A stretch of 64,000 nt of DNA from positions 15,006,001-15,070,000 of the forward strand of contig OZ249436.1 of the NCBI GenBank assembly GCA_965235115.1, written 5' to 3'. Below the pieces are notes generated by a model that worked only from the letters and a program-made list of their open reading frames with translations, made no database searches and was not told the origin of the DNA. This DNA comes from Laetmonice hystrix (lineage: Eukaryota). The translations under genes and the position numbers were made by a program. Position 1 is the first letter of the stretch, and the number at the start of each line of letters is the position of its first letter. Below, in pieces: positions 40,489-53,800 of this stretch.

Positions 40489-40627
40489 GGGCCGGTTTTA
40501 CTAAAGGTCGCTAATTTAACATAGAAGTGAATGGTTGCTAGGTCGTTATTTTGGACCTAGCAACCCATTCACTTCTATGTTAAAATTAGCGACGACGTTA
40601 AATAAGGAACTTTAGTAAAACCGGCCC
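40489..40627. mobile_element. Palindromic Harbinger-type MITE (CAG TSD)
   Basis: CAG|GGGCCGGTTTTACTAAAG ... CTTTAGTAAAACCGGCCC|CAG; the interior is also an inverted repeat (taacatagaagtgaatggttgctaggtc / gacctagcaacccattcacttctatgtta). Confidence 0.85.
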
Positions 40628-40632
40628 CAGGG

Positions 40633-41239
40633 TTATCATTTTGCAGTGTGCCTACGGCGCACCTCAGAGGTTTTATGTTTACATACATCGCGGTAAAATC
40701 CTTATATCTTAACTATTTGAGCACCAAATGTGTTGAAATCTTTTCTAACTTGCTTAGAATTTCACGGCCTGTATGCCTGACCTGTACAAACTGGCGAATG
40801 TAATTTCATTTCAAATAAGATCCCTATGATGTGAAAATTGCGGAGTTACATCCATGGCCACATTGGGTGGAAGGGAAAATGGGTCAGGGGCGCTGCTGTC
40901 AATTTCAAACTGGAGGGGGGCGGGGCAACTCAACCATTATCATTTTGCAGTGTGCCTACGGCGCACCTCAGAGGTTTTATGTATACATACATCGCGGTAA
41001 AATCCTTATATCTTAACTATTTGAGCACCAAATGTGTTGAAATCTTTTCTAACTTGCTTAGAATTTCACGGCCTGTATGCCTGACCTGTACAAACTGGCG
41101 AATGTAATTTCATTTCAAATAAGATCCCTATGATGTGAAAATTGCGGAGTTACATCCATGGCCACATTGGGTGGAAGGGAAAATGGGTCAGGGGCGCTGC
41201 TGTCAATTTCAAACTGGAGGGGGGCGGGGCAACTCAACC
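40633..41239. repeat. Near-perfect 304-bp tandem duplication (2 copies)
   Basis: ttatcattttgcagtgtgcctacggcg...ggggcaactcaacc begins at 40633 and 40937; only about one substitution seen. Confidence 0.95.
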
Positions 41240-42045
41240 CCCAGATCGAGGTATGCTTAATTTCCAGGACTTTTTAAGGTCACCAGCAAAAGTGAGGGAA
41301 ACATGCTCAAAGCACGTCTTTCTCTTGAGTACCTAAACTAAACTGGGAATATATACACACATATATCAGCGAAAATAGGTAAAATCCTTAGAAATAATGG
41401 TGCCAAACGAAAGATCATATCACTTCCTATTTGTGCACAATAATAGACATGGCCCTTTAACAGAAGCATCTTCGAGTTATAGCCATAGACCTAAACAGGG
41501 CACTGTTCAAAATTTCAATGTCACGTAACTAGCGACAAATCGCTTATCCTTGGATGATTATTCAAAAACTCTTGTCAGAGAGTCCTTCTGCCAAATAAGT
41601 TTTATCAAAAAATGAAGAAGTAAGGATTTTACCGATTTACGACCTAGGACCCAGTTCTCCCTAAGGTCAAAGGTCAAACGAAGGGTCAGTCTTTGGCAAG
41701 ACCCTTGCCCAATCACCTTGCCTTGATAGATATTGTAAATTTCCAATACGAACTTTAAAAATGGCCCCCAATGTCCCAAAAATTTGACGTCATGACGTTA
41801 CGTCACGTGACGTCATGACTCATTGTCTGACCAGACTTCGTCATGGTCAGGATGCCTACCATGTTTGGTTGAGATATCTTGAAAACTGACTGAGATAGAC
41901 ATACTGTTTACTACTACTACTACAACGCAGAGACCATACAATTTCAAGATCCCATCCCCCTGTAGGGGGGTGGGATAAATAGGCCCACAATAGAAGACAG
42001 TAAACCGTGACCCGACTCCGCCAATGCACATGCACGCACATTATT

Positions 42046-42216
42046 CAGGGGCGTAGACAAGTGCCGTGAAATGGTAAAATCTGGGGGGCTGAAGAGTGTG
42101 CTAGAAACAACCTGGGGCACAAAGGTTATATAGGTTATAATAGGCCACCCTTAAAAATCTGAGGGGGCTTCAGCCCCCCCCCCCCCCCAATCCCCCCCCC
42201 CCCTTGTCTACGCCCT
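42046..42216. mobile_element. G/C-tract MITE remnant
   Basis: CAGGGGCGTAGACAAG ... CTTGTCTACGCCCT inverted termini. Confidence 0.65.
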
Positions 42217-42782
42217 ACCATGCTGTTTCCCTCCAAATGACGTCACTGCATAACCACTGCATATAGGTTGGAATGGGATATAAGAAAATGGGTAAATCTT
42301 TTTAATGACATGCTGAGGAGCTGGAACCCCCCCCCCCCCCCCCCTTGCAACTTCAAAATGAAATAGTCTTCCTTTGAGGATAAAATATTGATTTCCAGTA
42401 TGCCTCGGGGTAGTTTATTTTGTTCATCAATTTCCCCCACAAAATATTTATATGTGTATTTTTAAAACATCCTCAGCCCCTGGAATTATAATGGTCGCCC
42501 CTATATCTTCCCATGCACATTTACCTTTAAATTCGAGGCTAACTTCCATACAGGAGATGGGAATTTCCTTCGAAAATCACGGGTCGAACCTTGGGAGAAG
42601 GAAAGTGGCCGATCGAAGATAGCCCGCATAAGATACTAATTCAAGATTCCTAAAATAACCCCGTGTTATTTTTGGGGTTGTCAAGCTGAACGGGGCGCCC
42701 CCTAAATCTGCCACTGTGGGTGAGACATAATGCGCAATAAATGTACATATGGGTGGGTGGGGGGGGGGGGGTGCATGGTTAA

Positions 42783-42982
42783 AGGTCCACTGTCCCGATC
42801 TTCATCCGCTTTCCCATCAGATCATAAAAAACATCTATCAAAAATTGTGTTTACTAATAATCTTTCCAGATATATTTCGCCAGAATTATGCATATTTTCA
42901 CCTAAAATTCTTTAACAAAAAATTTCACTATCTGATCTGAAGGAGCGGATGAGAGATCGGATAAAAATCGGGACAGTGGACC
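42783..42982. mobile_element. Palindromic MITE
   Basis: GGTCCACTGTCCCGAT ... ATCGGGACAGTGGACC TIRs with further internal symmetry (tcatccgct / agcggatga). Confidence 0.7.
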
Positions 42983-45648
42983 GTTGCCCTAATTGTACGA
43001 TTTAGGCCTTCCTCCATCGGTTGGTCTATATAGACTCAGTATTTTTATTATTATTTTTAAGACATAGCTAATATCAAATGTGAAATACATCGGTTCAAAA
43101 TATGAAACGCTTATTGACTGATTTTTCAACTTACTTCTTTGAGAATCGAACACACTTGGCTTCATAGGCAAAGTACTCTAGGCCCCTAAGCCAACTATTT
43201 TGGTTGGTTTTATGCAGAAGACACCATGACAGCCAGTCAAAGATCTTGGCCCGTTTGTTGAGTGGGAAGGGAAGAAGTTGATACGTCATGTGTGATCCCC
43301 ACACGTGCAAGAACCTAATTGAGAGGGCCTAGTTCACACTCGCGGACCATCCGACTACAGGTGTGTGTCGGAGGGGGGGGGGGGGGGGAGGGAGGGTATC
43401 CGACTACATGTGTGTGTCGGGGGGGGGGGGAGGGCATCCGACTCCAGGTGGGTGTGTATATAGTGGAGAGAGAAGGGGAGGGCTACGCTCCTTTTCTGAC
43501 CCTATAGATTCCACGTCAGGCCAGTGAGGCATTTACCAGTGCGTAGATCTAAATACATGTACGAAGAACTTTTCACACCGAAAACGAAGCTTTGCTTTTG
43601 AAAGTCGGCAGGCCTCTAAACCCCCGCCCTTTCGTGGAATCTTTCGAGTTAGACCCACTACCCCAAGAACACTCGTGTCGTGTGTCAGAGCGAGTGCTCA
43701 AGGACATTTTTGTTTGTGCTCACGTGTTCCGTGAGCACGTGTCCCACCAGCATTGATCATCACGCCCTCAGTTGGCATACGCCTGACAAGAGACTCCTTA
43801 GCCATACTGAGACGGACGCCCCAGTCTGGTGTCCCATCCGCTTCCCCATCAGCAGTGGCAGATCGGGGTCGGGACCCCCCCCCCCCCCCCCCCCCCCCCT
43901 CTCAGTCCTTCCACTTTATGCTTTTATTTTCAGTATTATACTTTTTTAAGAACAAAACTATGAATAATAGGAGTGGTGCGCGTTATGTTGAGTGGCGTCT
44001 TTTGCTAAGCAGCACATAGAAATATATTTTAGGTTCAACTTTTCTCAACATTGTATACATCACTCCTGAAAGCTTGGTATCGAGAAGCCTAAAATGAGAA
44101 CAAATCATTACAAAATCAGGGTAAATTGACGCAACTTATATTTTTTTACTTTTTCCTGACAATTTGGATACTTTTTTCTTGAAAGATTCTACACTTTTTT
44201 GGTCAAACCTAGAGTGGCAGCACTGCCTTTTGCGTCAATTTTTCTTTTCCCATAGGGCTTTCTTAACTAACCGTTTTGGACACCCACACCCACCACCTCA
44301 CACCCCCACCCGCCTTTGCCAGATGCGCCCCATGGACCCCCCTTCCAAATTCCGGGATCCGCCCCTGCTGAGGGTTCCTTGGTATACTCACTGCAGGTAC
44401 ATCGGGTCCGGCGCTGTGTCAAGAATTCAGCAACAGTTTAGTCAATTTCTTTAAAAGTCACCCATCACCCTTGGAGGACGTGAACAGCTCAAACACTTTG
44501 TGGTTTGCAATTTTATTCGTAAATCACAGGGCCGTACCATGTACAGACCTCTACCGCCTCAACATAAGGCTCACCCTTCCATATTTTGTGCGTACGCCTA
44601 TGCACTGTCCTTATCATCTCGGACAACAAATATTCGGCACACTTGTAGAGTACAAGTACTCGTTCCTATGTACAAATGTTCATACACGTATTTACATGTA
44701 CATATAATACAATGTGTACAAAACGGTGCTACTTAAATATCATAGGTACAATAGGAATATTTTAAGACTACATCATACACCCTATGCTGCAATCATTCAA
44801 GGAACTGAAGACTTATTCTCTGCAGGCATTGATCGAATATTTGTAACAAAAATATATATTCTTGACTGCACAGTAAGTCTTTTAAATTCTTTCTAAGAAA
44901 TTATGCTTTCTGTAAATAAAGCAATATAACTCTTGGATCACACGCTTTCATATCTAAATGCATTAACTGTATATTTGAATTGAAATACTTGGTACCCCCA
45001 TCCTAGGTGGCTCCATACATATTTCCAACTAACATGAAACGCAACTTGGCCTTACAATGTTTAAATCGACCTATACAACTTTGACTAGCAATCAAAATTT
45101 AAATGACACCTCATAAAATATTCAGGTACTGGTACAATAAGATTTCGTTAATCCGCACATTTCCGTCCGCCTACATCACAAACCAAATATATCCCTTTAC
45201 ATGAACTAGTCATATTCATAACTCATAGCACTTTGTTTTTAAATTAATCCATGTTTTACAACCGGAAAACATTTTAAGCTGTGTAAAACTATTCAGAGAA
45301 AAGATTTCTGACTACAGGGCAAAAAATTGCAAAACTTCTAGCTTAAACAAATTAATGTTATTTACAATGCCTTTACCTTTTAACGTCTCACATTCAATAA
45401 AATACCGCTACCAGTCCAGCTGGTATACTTTCTTTCTAAATACACAATACACAAAAATATACACCAACAATGTTATCATTTCACTTTCAGCCAACTGTGA
45501 AACTTGTGTACGTGAACTAATATCAAACAGTTAAATTTGTTAAAAAAAAGAAAAAAGTATTGGGAAATACTGGTACCTTTTCAAAAAGCTTTCTTCTAAA
45601 GACGATATTAAGTATTGTAACATAAGTAACGTAATTCTCATCTGAAGA

Positions 45649-47223
45649 TTACACCTGAAGTTTTAATTTCTGGAGGAAGAGTGATGAAGATTGTGACATT
45701 CGCCAAGGATGCTGTGGGATGTCAACCTTTACTCCCCGCCGCCGCAACCTAGCAAGGCTTACCTCCGTCACATCCCTGCAGTCACGCACCTGTAACCCTC
45801 TGAGTTTCTGGCAGTACTCTCCAATTAACCTAAAAGTAAAAATAATAATGCCATGCATAAAACATAATTGAAAGATAGTGGGGATAGTCCATGGAACAGT
45901 AAATGTTTGGAATAACTAGTATGCTAGTGTGCTTCTTTCTTTTTTCCTTTCTTTTTACAGCATGGTGAAAATCTCACCATTTTATTATTAAAATATTATT
46001 TACATGACTACATGAGACAGCAGTTTTGTTGTGTACTCACTGGATTGTGTCATCTGTCACCCGCCAACAGCCACGCATGTTGATATGCTGCAAATCTCGA
46101 CAGTTAAAAGCCAAACTGCGTACTGCATAGTCTGTTATGCCATAGATCTTTGCTATGGATAAGAAGTTGAGCCTGCAAAGAAATACCAGCAAGACGTCTT
46201 AACATTTGCTTAATGCAATCAAATAACTGATAATGCAGTTATACAATATCAAGAAGAAAAGATCTTATTAAAATAAAAAACAGTAATGTAACTCTAAAGT
46301 TAGAAAGTCAATATTTTAGCATTCCTTAAAATGATTGAAGAACACACCTCCTGCAATGGACTGATACAAAGATGAGGGCCTCATCATCCAAATTCCAGCA
46401 TCCGGTCAGGTCGAGCCGGCACAGCTTGGGGCAGTTCAGCGCCAATGTCATTAATGCCTCCTTGGTCATCCACTGGCAATCCCTCAGGTACAGTTCTTGA
46501 AGATTTGGAGAGTTGGATGCCAATCGAAGTACGGTGAGCGGTGATAGTGAATTACATGATGTCAAATCAATTTTCTTCAGATGTGTCTGTTGTAACAATG
46601 CCGGCTGGATAACGTCATCAACCAACCAGTCTTTGCAATTTCTCAAAATCAAAGTCTGTAGCACCGTGTTGTTTTGCATAACAGTATGGAATGCTGCTGG
46701 AGTAAATTTCTTTGCTATCAGCGTGAGATTCACTTCTGGACAGCTTGCAAAATACTGGTCGACACAGGAGCGGGCCACATGGCTTAGACCTCGCACACGG
46801 AAGAGAGAAGTGAGAGGGAGATGCCTGAAGATGTGAGTGAAGATAACGTCCTCCCAGGGCAAGGTGTCGAATATTATCGGATTGGAGTTCCTGGTAAAGG
46901 ATGGTAAGAAAATGTCACTCTCACTTATTTTGCTCAGGTTCTACTGCATCTTTGCAGAGTTTACAAATAATGAAGAAAAAGTACTTCCTACTTGATGGAT
47001 TCCAAGGAATCACATAATAATTAAATAATGGTTGTCAGTCCTTCACTAGGAGATTACAACTTTATATACATTGCTTGAATTGCATCGCAGCTATGCATTA
47101 GTATCATAGAAAAAAGTGTGACAAGATGCAGTACACTTACCTCAGACTTTTGGAAACTTCCACTGAAGACATGTCATCTTCCAGTTGGTCTGTCTGCTCT
47201 AAGTCATGTGTATCATTGAACAT
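45649..47223 (-). CDS. FBXL15: F-box/LRR-repeat protein 15 (FBXL15 / jetlag-like SCF substrate receptor)
   Basis: Exons 47223-47141, 46890-46348, 46172-46041, 45829-45649, all GT-AG and phase-consistent. F-box LPWEDVIFTHIFRHLPL..LFRVR, Cys-containing LRRs (LxLxxCxxL) and C-terminal EYC..LRGLQVRDCRDVTEVSLARLRRRGVKVD match my recollection of FBXL15. The start may lie further upstream (see findings). Confidence 0.9.
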
Positions 47224-48488
47224 GCTTTGTTTGAACTGGTAGAGGCTAACTGCAGATGAGCACACTTCCAAACAACACCCGTTTGTCCTGGTCTTTTTTG
47301 TCTTGTTTTTCTGTAACCGACAGGGCCGTCTTATAGTTGCTACGGAAGCAACTATCAATTGGTTTCCTCCCTGTGGCTTTATGGTCAGCACTGAAAGATA
47401 AATAAATACATTGACATTACAACTCATAGAAGATGAGACAAATAATCTCAATCATTGAATATAAAGTAAGCAACAACAAAAATTACTGGGGCTGCTTAGC
47501 CTTCTCATACTTCTTCCTGGAAAAAAGAAAGAGTGAAACATCCATCTGCAAAAGAAACTTGCCATGTCTGACATCTTGTCGAATCCACTCCACCTCAAGT
47601 CCGACATTGGCACCTGTTCCATATGTGCCTCTGTAATCGTGGGCAAGGTTAGTTGCAGGGTTGGCCTTCATGATGCTGATTGAATGCACTGAAAAGGTTC
47701 CTATGGCAAATGTTGGTTTGATCCAGAATTTATACCCTTTAAGCTGAGCATAATCAGCACAGTGCTCAATTCCAATTGGTCCTTCTTGAGTACATTTTAT
47801 TACCATCCGATTATGATGGTTTCAGAACGTGCTCAACAGGCGACTTCCCAGTCATGTGCCCAGCAACATATAAAACGTGATACTATTTTCAGCACGACAT
47901 GGCCATGGATTCTAAATTTGGAGAAAAAGGATATTTATAGCTGCATTTAGAAGTGTGTTCAAGCATATGGGATACATTACATGAGGCAATCTTTATCTCA
48001 ATTTAGTCTGAGCAAGTGCAATCCTAATTGTTTTCGAGATCAGGCACTTTATACTGTATTACTGACAACTCAACATGTCCACAGTTGACATTTCCATTCC
48101 AAGGGCCAGTTTCAAATTTCAGTAACTCGTTAAAACCAGAAAGTGGGCCGATTTGGCTGTCACTGAAGCCTCAGTCTAGTTCCACGACCTTGACCTAGAA
48201 GAGAGTGTCTATGGGGAGAAGCAGGCGTATTAACATCTTTCAGAATGAGTTTTAATCTTTTTATTTGAAAAATGAATGGTGTCTGCACAGGTACATACAT
48301 ATGATTATAAATGTACCATTACATTAGTGAGCATTCATTTTAAATTTTTATGGATGTTTAAAAAACTGCATATTCAATATTAAATTCTTTTGAATGTAAA
48401 AGTCAACTTTAAAGACACACTTTGGTAAATCTGTTGAACACTCTTTTGCAGCACTGCAGCTTTTATGATGCGATTCTTATTAGGAATG

Positions 48489-48800
48489 CATAGGCATAGG
48501 AACCGGGGGGTAGGGGGGGTCAAGTGGGGGGGGGCTGAAGTGTGTTTCAGCCCCCCCCCCCAACATTTGGGTGCTTTCTTGGTTGAGGCGAGTTTCATGC
48601 TGATTTTCTATGTATCAGGCATAAAAATGATGGAATTTTGTTGATAGATTTGAGAGAGATTTTTGCTCCGAGATGCTCAGAAAACGCATCTCCGTCATTC
48701 CTGAAAAGGGTGGCCATTAACGGTGGCCATAAAACGGGGCATTATCCCCCCCCCCCCGACCTTTAGCCCCTCCAACCAAAAAAAACTTCCTATGCCTATG
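48489..48800. mobile_element. MITE with 14-bp TIRs and 5-bp TSD
   Basis: GAATG|CATAGGCATAGGAA ... TTCCTATGCCTATG|GAATG; internal G and C tracts. Confidence 0.85.
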
Positions 48801-49093
48801 GAATGGGTTGGTGAACAAAGGATAGCAGGGATGGCCAATTCATATTGCCAGACGCCTGGCAACACCATACGCCAGCACCCATCCTGGCTGTCGGCCCATC
48901 GGGCGGACTGACCCTTGTTTTGGTTGAAAATCATCAGCCCGAGATGAGAATTGTCGGGCTTTAAAGGGAAAACACTGAAAAGATTCTATTTTTTAAAGTG
49001 AACCTGATACATGGTCATCAAGGTAAACAAGTGTAACAGGTATTATTATTTATCAAAGAAACGATCAGGATAACGTTTATACATAAAATATTG

Positions 49094-49333
49094 GCAGTGG
49101 TTATTCTGCCAGCATATGGACATGTGACTGCAATACTGGATTCTTATTGGATGATGTCTGAAGGCAGAATAGCGGATTATCTAATTAGTGCCTAATTAAC
49201 AACAATTTTGGGACTAAACTAACACTAACCCTAGGCCTAACCCTAGGCGTAATAATAACCCAAACATATTGTTCCGTGTCGGTAATTAGTATAATTTATT
49301 TATTCTGCCATCTGACGGCAGAAAAACCACTGC
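49094..49333. mobile_element. Inverted-repeat element with internal TAACCC-like motifs
   Basis: GCAGTGGTTATTCTGCC ... GGCAGAAAAACCACTGC; internal ctaaccctaggcctaaccctagg. Confidence 0.6.
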
Positions 49334-50339
49334 GCAAAATATTAATTTTGAAAAATGAACTGCATGCATGATCATCAAGATAAGATTGTATTTAAACAGT
49401 GACAACAGTGAAAGGCCCACTGTATAGAGTGCCACCCCCTCAAAGCACATGGGCGACTCGAGGTCGGTTTACCGTCCATGTTCCTTATTATATAATTTAT
49501 AATAGACCTAGCTGTTGACTCTCCCCTATACACTATCGTGTTAGGGTCATTGCCGAACCCATAGAGGTAATAATAAAATTCCTTCAAATAAAGAAACGGC
49601 ACCGATTCATATCTCTACGGCTACTTTTGTAATCGAATAGAGGAGTTATGGGCCTTGCTCGCCTGTCTGCCATGTTGTTTTTCTATACTGCGCATATCAT
49701 GCAAATGGAACCGGCTTCCTTTCAAAATAGCGACGGAGGCCTGAAATGGTGTGCACACAATAAGGTGTTCCTTCGGCGGCTGAATGCACGCTGGAAGCGG
49801 AGGCCGAAACATGTTAGAGACATGCACTTCGACCGCCCGTAACTATGGGTGGCCAAATAGCAGCGGCAGCCGAAACGCGTGGCATTCCCTGAAACGGCTT
49901 CAATTTACAACAAAAGGCCCTTACAAGTTACAATCAAAATCACCTTCGCTTCGGAATAGACGATGACGATGTCTTGCACAATGATTTAGCGAAATCTATG
50001 CATGTTGTCATTAACATGGGAATTTCATTCTAAGTAGACATCGCGACAGGGGTTAAAAATCGACGTTGAAAACGAGCCAACCATTGCATTTAATAAATTC
50101 TCACTCTAATATGTCTAACGTTATGGCTAGAGCCTATGCCCTCTCCCACTGTGACATTCAATCAATTCTAGCATCAAGGCAAGGCCAATGGCAATGGCAT
50201 ATGCAATGCCGGGCAATGGCAGGGTGGCCACGCCCACGTCTATAAATAGACCACCTCTTAGACGCTGCGCGCTCCGCTATGACATTTTGATAAAACTGCG
50301 CTCGCCCCTGGGCATTAGTCATTACTACCGCTGTGGACT

Positions 50340-50813
50340 TGACCTGACCTACCAACCTCCAAAGCGAGTAGTCAGTAGACTCTAAATGTGCTACCGTCTG
50401 TCAAAACTCATTCCCTGACAGGACCCGGAAATAATAGTGTCCATCCGAAGAAAGCACGACAGAAGATTTCTCCCATCCATCAGATGGCGCTCTTGTTCTT
50501 ACCGCCAAGCAAACGGATAGGCCTACGTACTAGCCTATAACGAATGTCATCGAATCCGGCCGCCAGTAGTAACCGGCCCGCCTATAACCACTCTCTGCTA
50601 TAGGCCTAACCATTGTAATCGATTAAAATATTTATCATTTACAGATGTACTTTTAGCTAGCGGACCCCTCCTCCTCGGAACGACCGAGCTTTCGGGATGT
50701 GACAAATCTTTGAAAGATGAACTATCTTAATACACCAACGTTGTGTTTCATCTTCCGGTCTAGTTTGTAAAAACCGTAAACACTCCGTTCGGCGACTACG
50801 GTCTTCACCTGCG
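50340..50813. promoter_or_regulatory. Probable bidirectional promoter shared by FBXL15 (minus) and NRDE2 (plus)
   Basis: Divergent genes; CpG-rich; ETS-like CCGGAAAT (~50425) and CTTCCGG (~50752); YY1-like AGATGGCG (~50482); minus-strand donor-like G|gtaggt near 50352 as a candidate FBXL15 UTR exon. Confidence 0.55.
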
Positions 50814-53800
50814 ATGTCCGAGGAAAGGGTAGCCTCTGCTCTGCCTCTGGTTATTCATGCAACCAATACTGAGACTAAGCGGTCCGCACTGTTCCCCGCT
50901 TTCGCAGGTAGTCTATTCTATATATTAAAAAGAAGTAGCTAGGGAGCGGTAGCCACGCTCGCAGCCTGTTTGTTGTTGGCGGCCGTTTGCTGTTGGCGGC
51001 CGGATCCTGTATTAGGCCTATGTATACACCCGAATACACGACATGTCCGCCCGTCGCCATGTCCGCCCGGTCATGTCCGCCCCTCGGTACTATGCCCGCC
51101 CGCCCGCCGTGCCTCTGTGATAGACACTCGACTCTGCCCACCCTGCCGCCCGTGGTCCCGGGAAAAGCCGTCAATGTGACTAGGACAGTCTACTGAGTTA
51201 GAGGAGTGTATCAACAACTCTAGATCAACTATTGTAATCGCTAAGTGCCCAACAAATGAGAGCCACCTCGTAGGTAACGTGTCCCTTGCCGGGCGCCTCT
51301 TGAGCGGAGCGGCGAGGGCCGGACATGATGAAGGGGGACATGATGATGACCGGGGGTAGGCGCCTACATCCCGGGGGGCGGACATGACCGGGCGGACATG
51401 GCTACGGGCGGACATGTCGTGTTACCATACAGAATAGCCGTAGGCTAGGCCAGGGCAGGGGCGGCCACCTAAGAATTTGTGTGGCCTCGCTACGCTCGCC
51501 ATGATTTGATTGTAACTGTACTAATGCCGCTTCATAAAAAAAAGAGAGAAAAATCTAAGGGGGGTCTGGGCCCCCTCATCCCCCACCGATTCTACTAGTA
51601 CTAGCACAAGTTACCAAATTCTTGAGTGTGGCGATCTCCTAGGTTACGACATATCATATGGGGCCAGGCAGACCTTCTCCGTCGGTCAGGTGGGGTGGTT
51701 ACGACAGTCCGACAGTCTACGCTTGCAGCGAGTTTGGCTAGATCTCTACATCGACATTTAGTATACCTTAATTTTATCCACCAATAAGGGTACGTCTGAC
51801 CCTGGTGAGAAAACCCCACGACCATAATTAATCCTCAAGGCCCCCCCCCCTCCACCAGTGCCCATCTACTCAAAGCCATACAACTGCAATGACCTGAGTG
51901 AACCTAATGATTATGTACATGCAGGCAATGTTCATTAGTTTACATGCTTTTTAATTATTTACTATTATTAACGTTTACTGGTACATTTTTTTTAGGGCAA
52001 ACAGATTTGGCATCCCAAAACAAACCGACATCAACTGAATGGCTTTATAATGACAGCTTCAGGGAACAGGATGCCATTCTCCTCCACAAGTTTCAGCAGA
52101 AAACATCATCTGTACGAAGGTCAGAAGCTATTAAAGGTTATATAAATGCATAGTGTAAAGAAAATCACTGTACCCATAAGATCTGTGAATAGAGTTTGGC
52201 TGAAATACATCCTTGGCTTCTTCAAGTAAAATTTTCTATAGAGCAGAGATAAGTTGGAAATAAAATAGCTTTAAAAACAAGATAGGGCCTAATGTAATAG
52301 CTGGTAAATTGTTAAACCAACACCATTGAGAGTGACATTGAAAGAAATTTAGAAATGTTTTACAATGGGAACTTGCAAACTTTTTTTTAACCAGATCAGA
52401 AACTCCCAGCACAGAACATTCTGACAACCTATCTGACAGCTCGTTGGAAAGAAAAGACTTAGAACCAGAGCAGGAGAAAAGGTCAAGCAAACACAAACTT
52501 CCTGATGACATCAGGGAACCCAGTGAAGGTAGGTACTCTGTCTGTGGGAGGTGGGTTCAAAAATATTGCTGAGGACATCACAGTCAGATCTATACTGATT
52601 TGACAGGAGAATGCCCATAGAAAATTATCATGTAGAGTCAAAGATAACAACGCTATATTTGGATTTCTGGACTTTTTAAAGCTGGTATTTTGACCTGCAT
52701 GAATGGCATACAAATCTGCAGGCAGAGCATTTCTTTCTTGATTACAAAAAGGTGCTGAAGGCAGATATGAAGCTAAACGAAAGCGACACCAAAAGAAGAA
52801 AAAGAAAGAACACAAGAAACACAAGAAGAATAAGAAGGGCAAGAAAAGAGGACAGTCACCTGAAGGTTCTAATTCCAGCCAGAAGGAACAGAAAGCGTAT
52901 GTTCAATTTTGAACTAGATGTTATTTTTTCACAAGAGGGCCACTGGTATCCTATCTGCTGCCCCATCTTATCTATTGATTTTGACTGAGCACTGTAAATC
53001 CCACATTTTATATACAGTAGCAACCCACTTAGGCGGCCACCTTTCGGACTGATTTTTTTTTCTGCATTGCGGGGTGGTTGCCTACATGAGCGACACATAT
53101 GGGGTACACAAAATTTTTGGGTCGGAAACAGTGGTGGTGTGCACTGTATGACAGAACACAGATGACTGAATTATCTCAGAAAGGATGCTGAATTTATAGC
53201 AGAATGGAGGAGAATCTGAGAAATTAGGTGATAACAATAATATTGCTGTTAATGGAAGTGTGAAATTTCTGCTTTGATAAAAATAAAGGATAACATGGAG
53301 CTAGCAAGGCTCAAGCTGGCCACACAGAGTAGTGTGAAAAGGTTGGTTGGTCAAATGAGGGCTTGTAACACCTTCAGAACCCGTCCACCGCTAGCCATTG
53401 TGCCGTTGTTGTCTGATTGACCTTGGCAACAATAGGTGAGAGCCAACTGATGCGGGTGGCCAGAGTGATGGATTGGAAGGCCATTTGGGTCTGACAAAAA
53501 GTGGTTACAATGCCAGGTGGTCGTAATAGAAGTGCCTGCTACTGTGGGTTTTTGACAAACATTAAATAGAGGGAAAAACTTCGGGACTGGGCCAAACTGG
53601 CTGTAATTAAGGGTTGACCACTTTAAGCGGGTTGCCACTGTAGTGACTGAGAGCTTCAAAAACGAGTCAGCTTAATGAAACAATCGGTGCTTGATTTCAG
53701 AGAACTTGGTTTAGATATTTTAAGTCATGTCTGGAGTCTTGAGTCATTTCTAAAATGTCGTCCATGCATGCCTTATCAGCCACGGGCTTTGAAATGCCGA

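Noticed and set aside
40412..42716. One large composite element from CAGTAGCGGAT to ATCTGCCACTG
   Set aside because: The flanks show no target-site duplication; the ends probably belong to different copies.
47807..47860. In-frame TGA codons upstream of the 107-aa ORF as selenocysteine
   Set aside because: No selenoprotein motif, no upstream start in that frame and no SECIS recognised.
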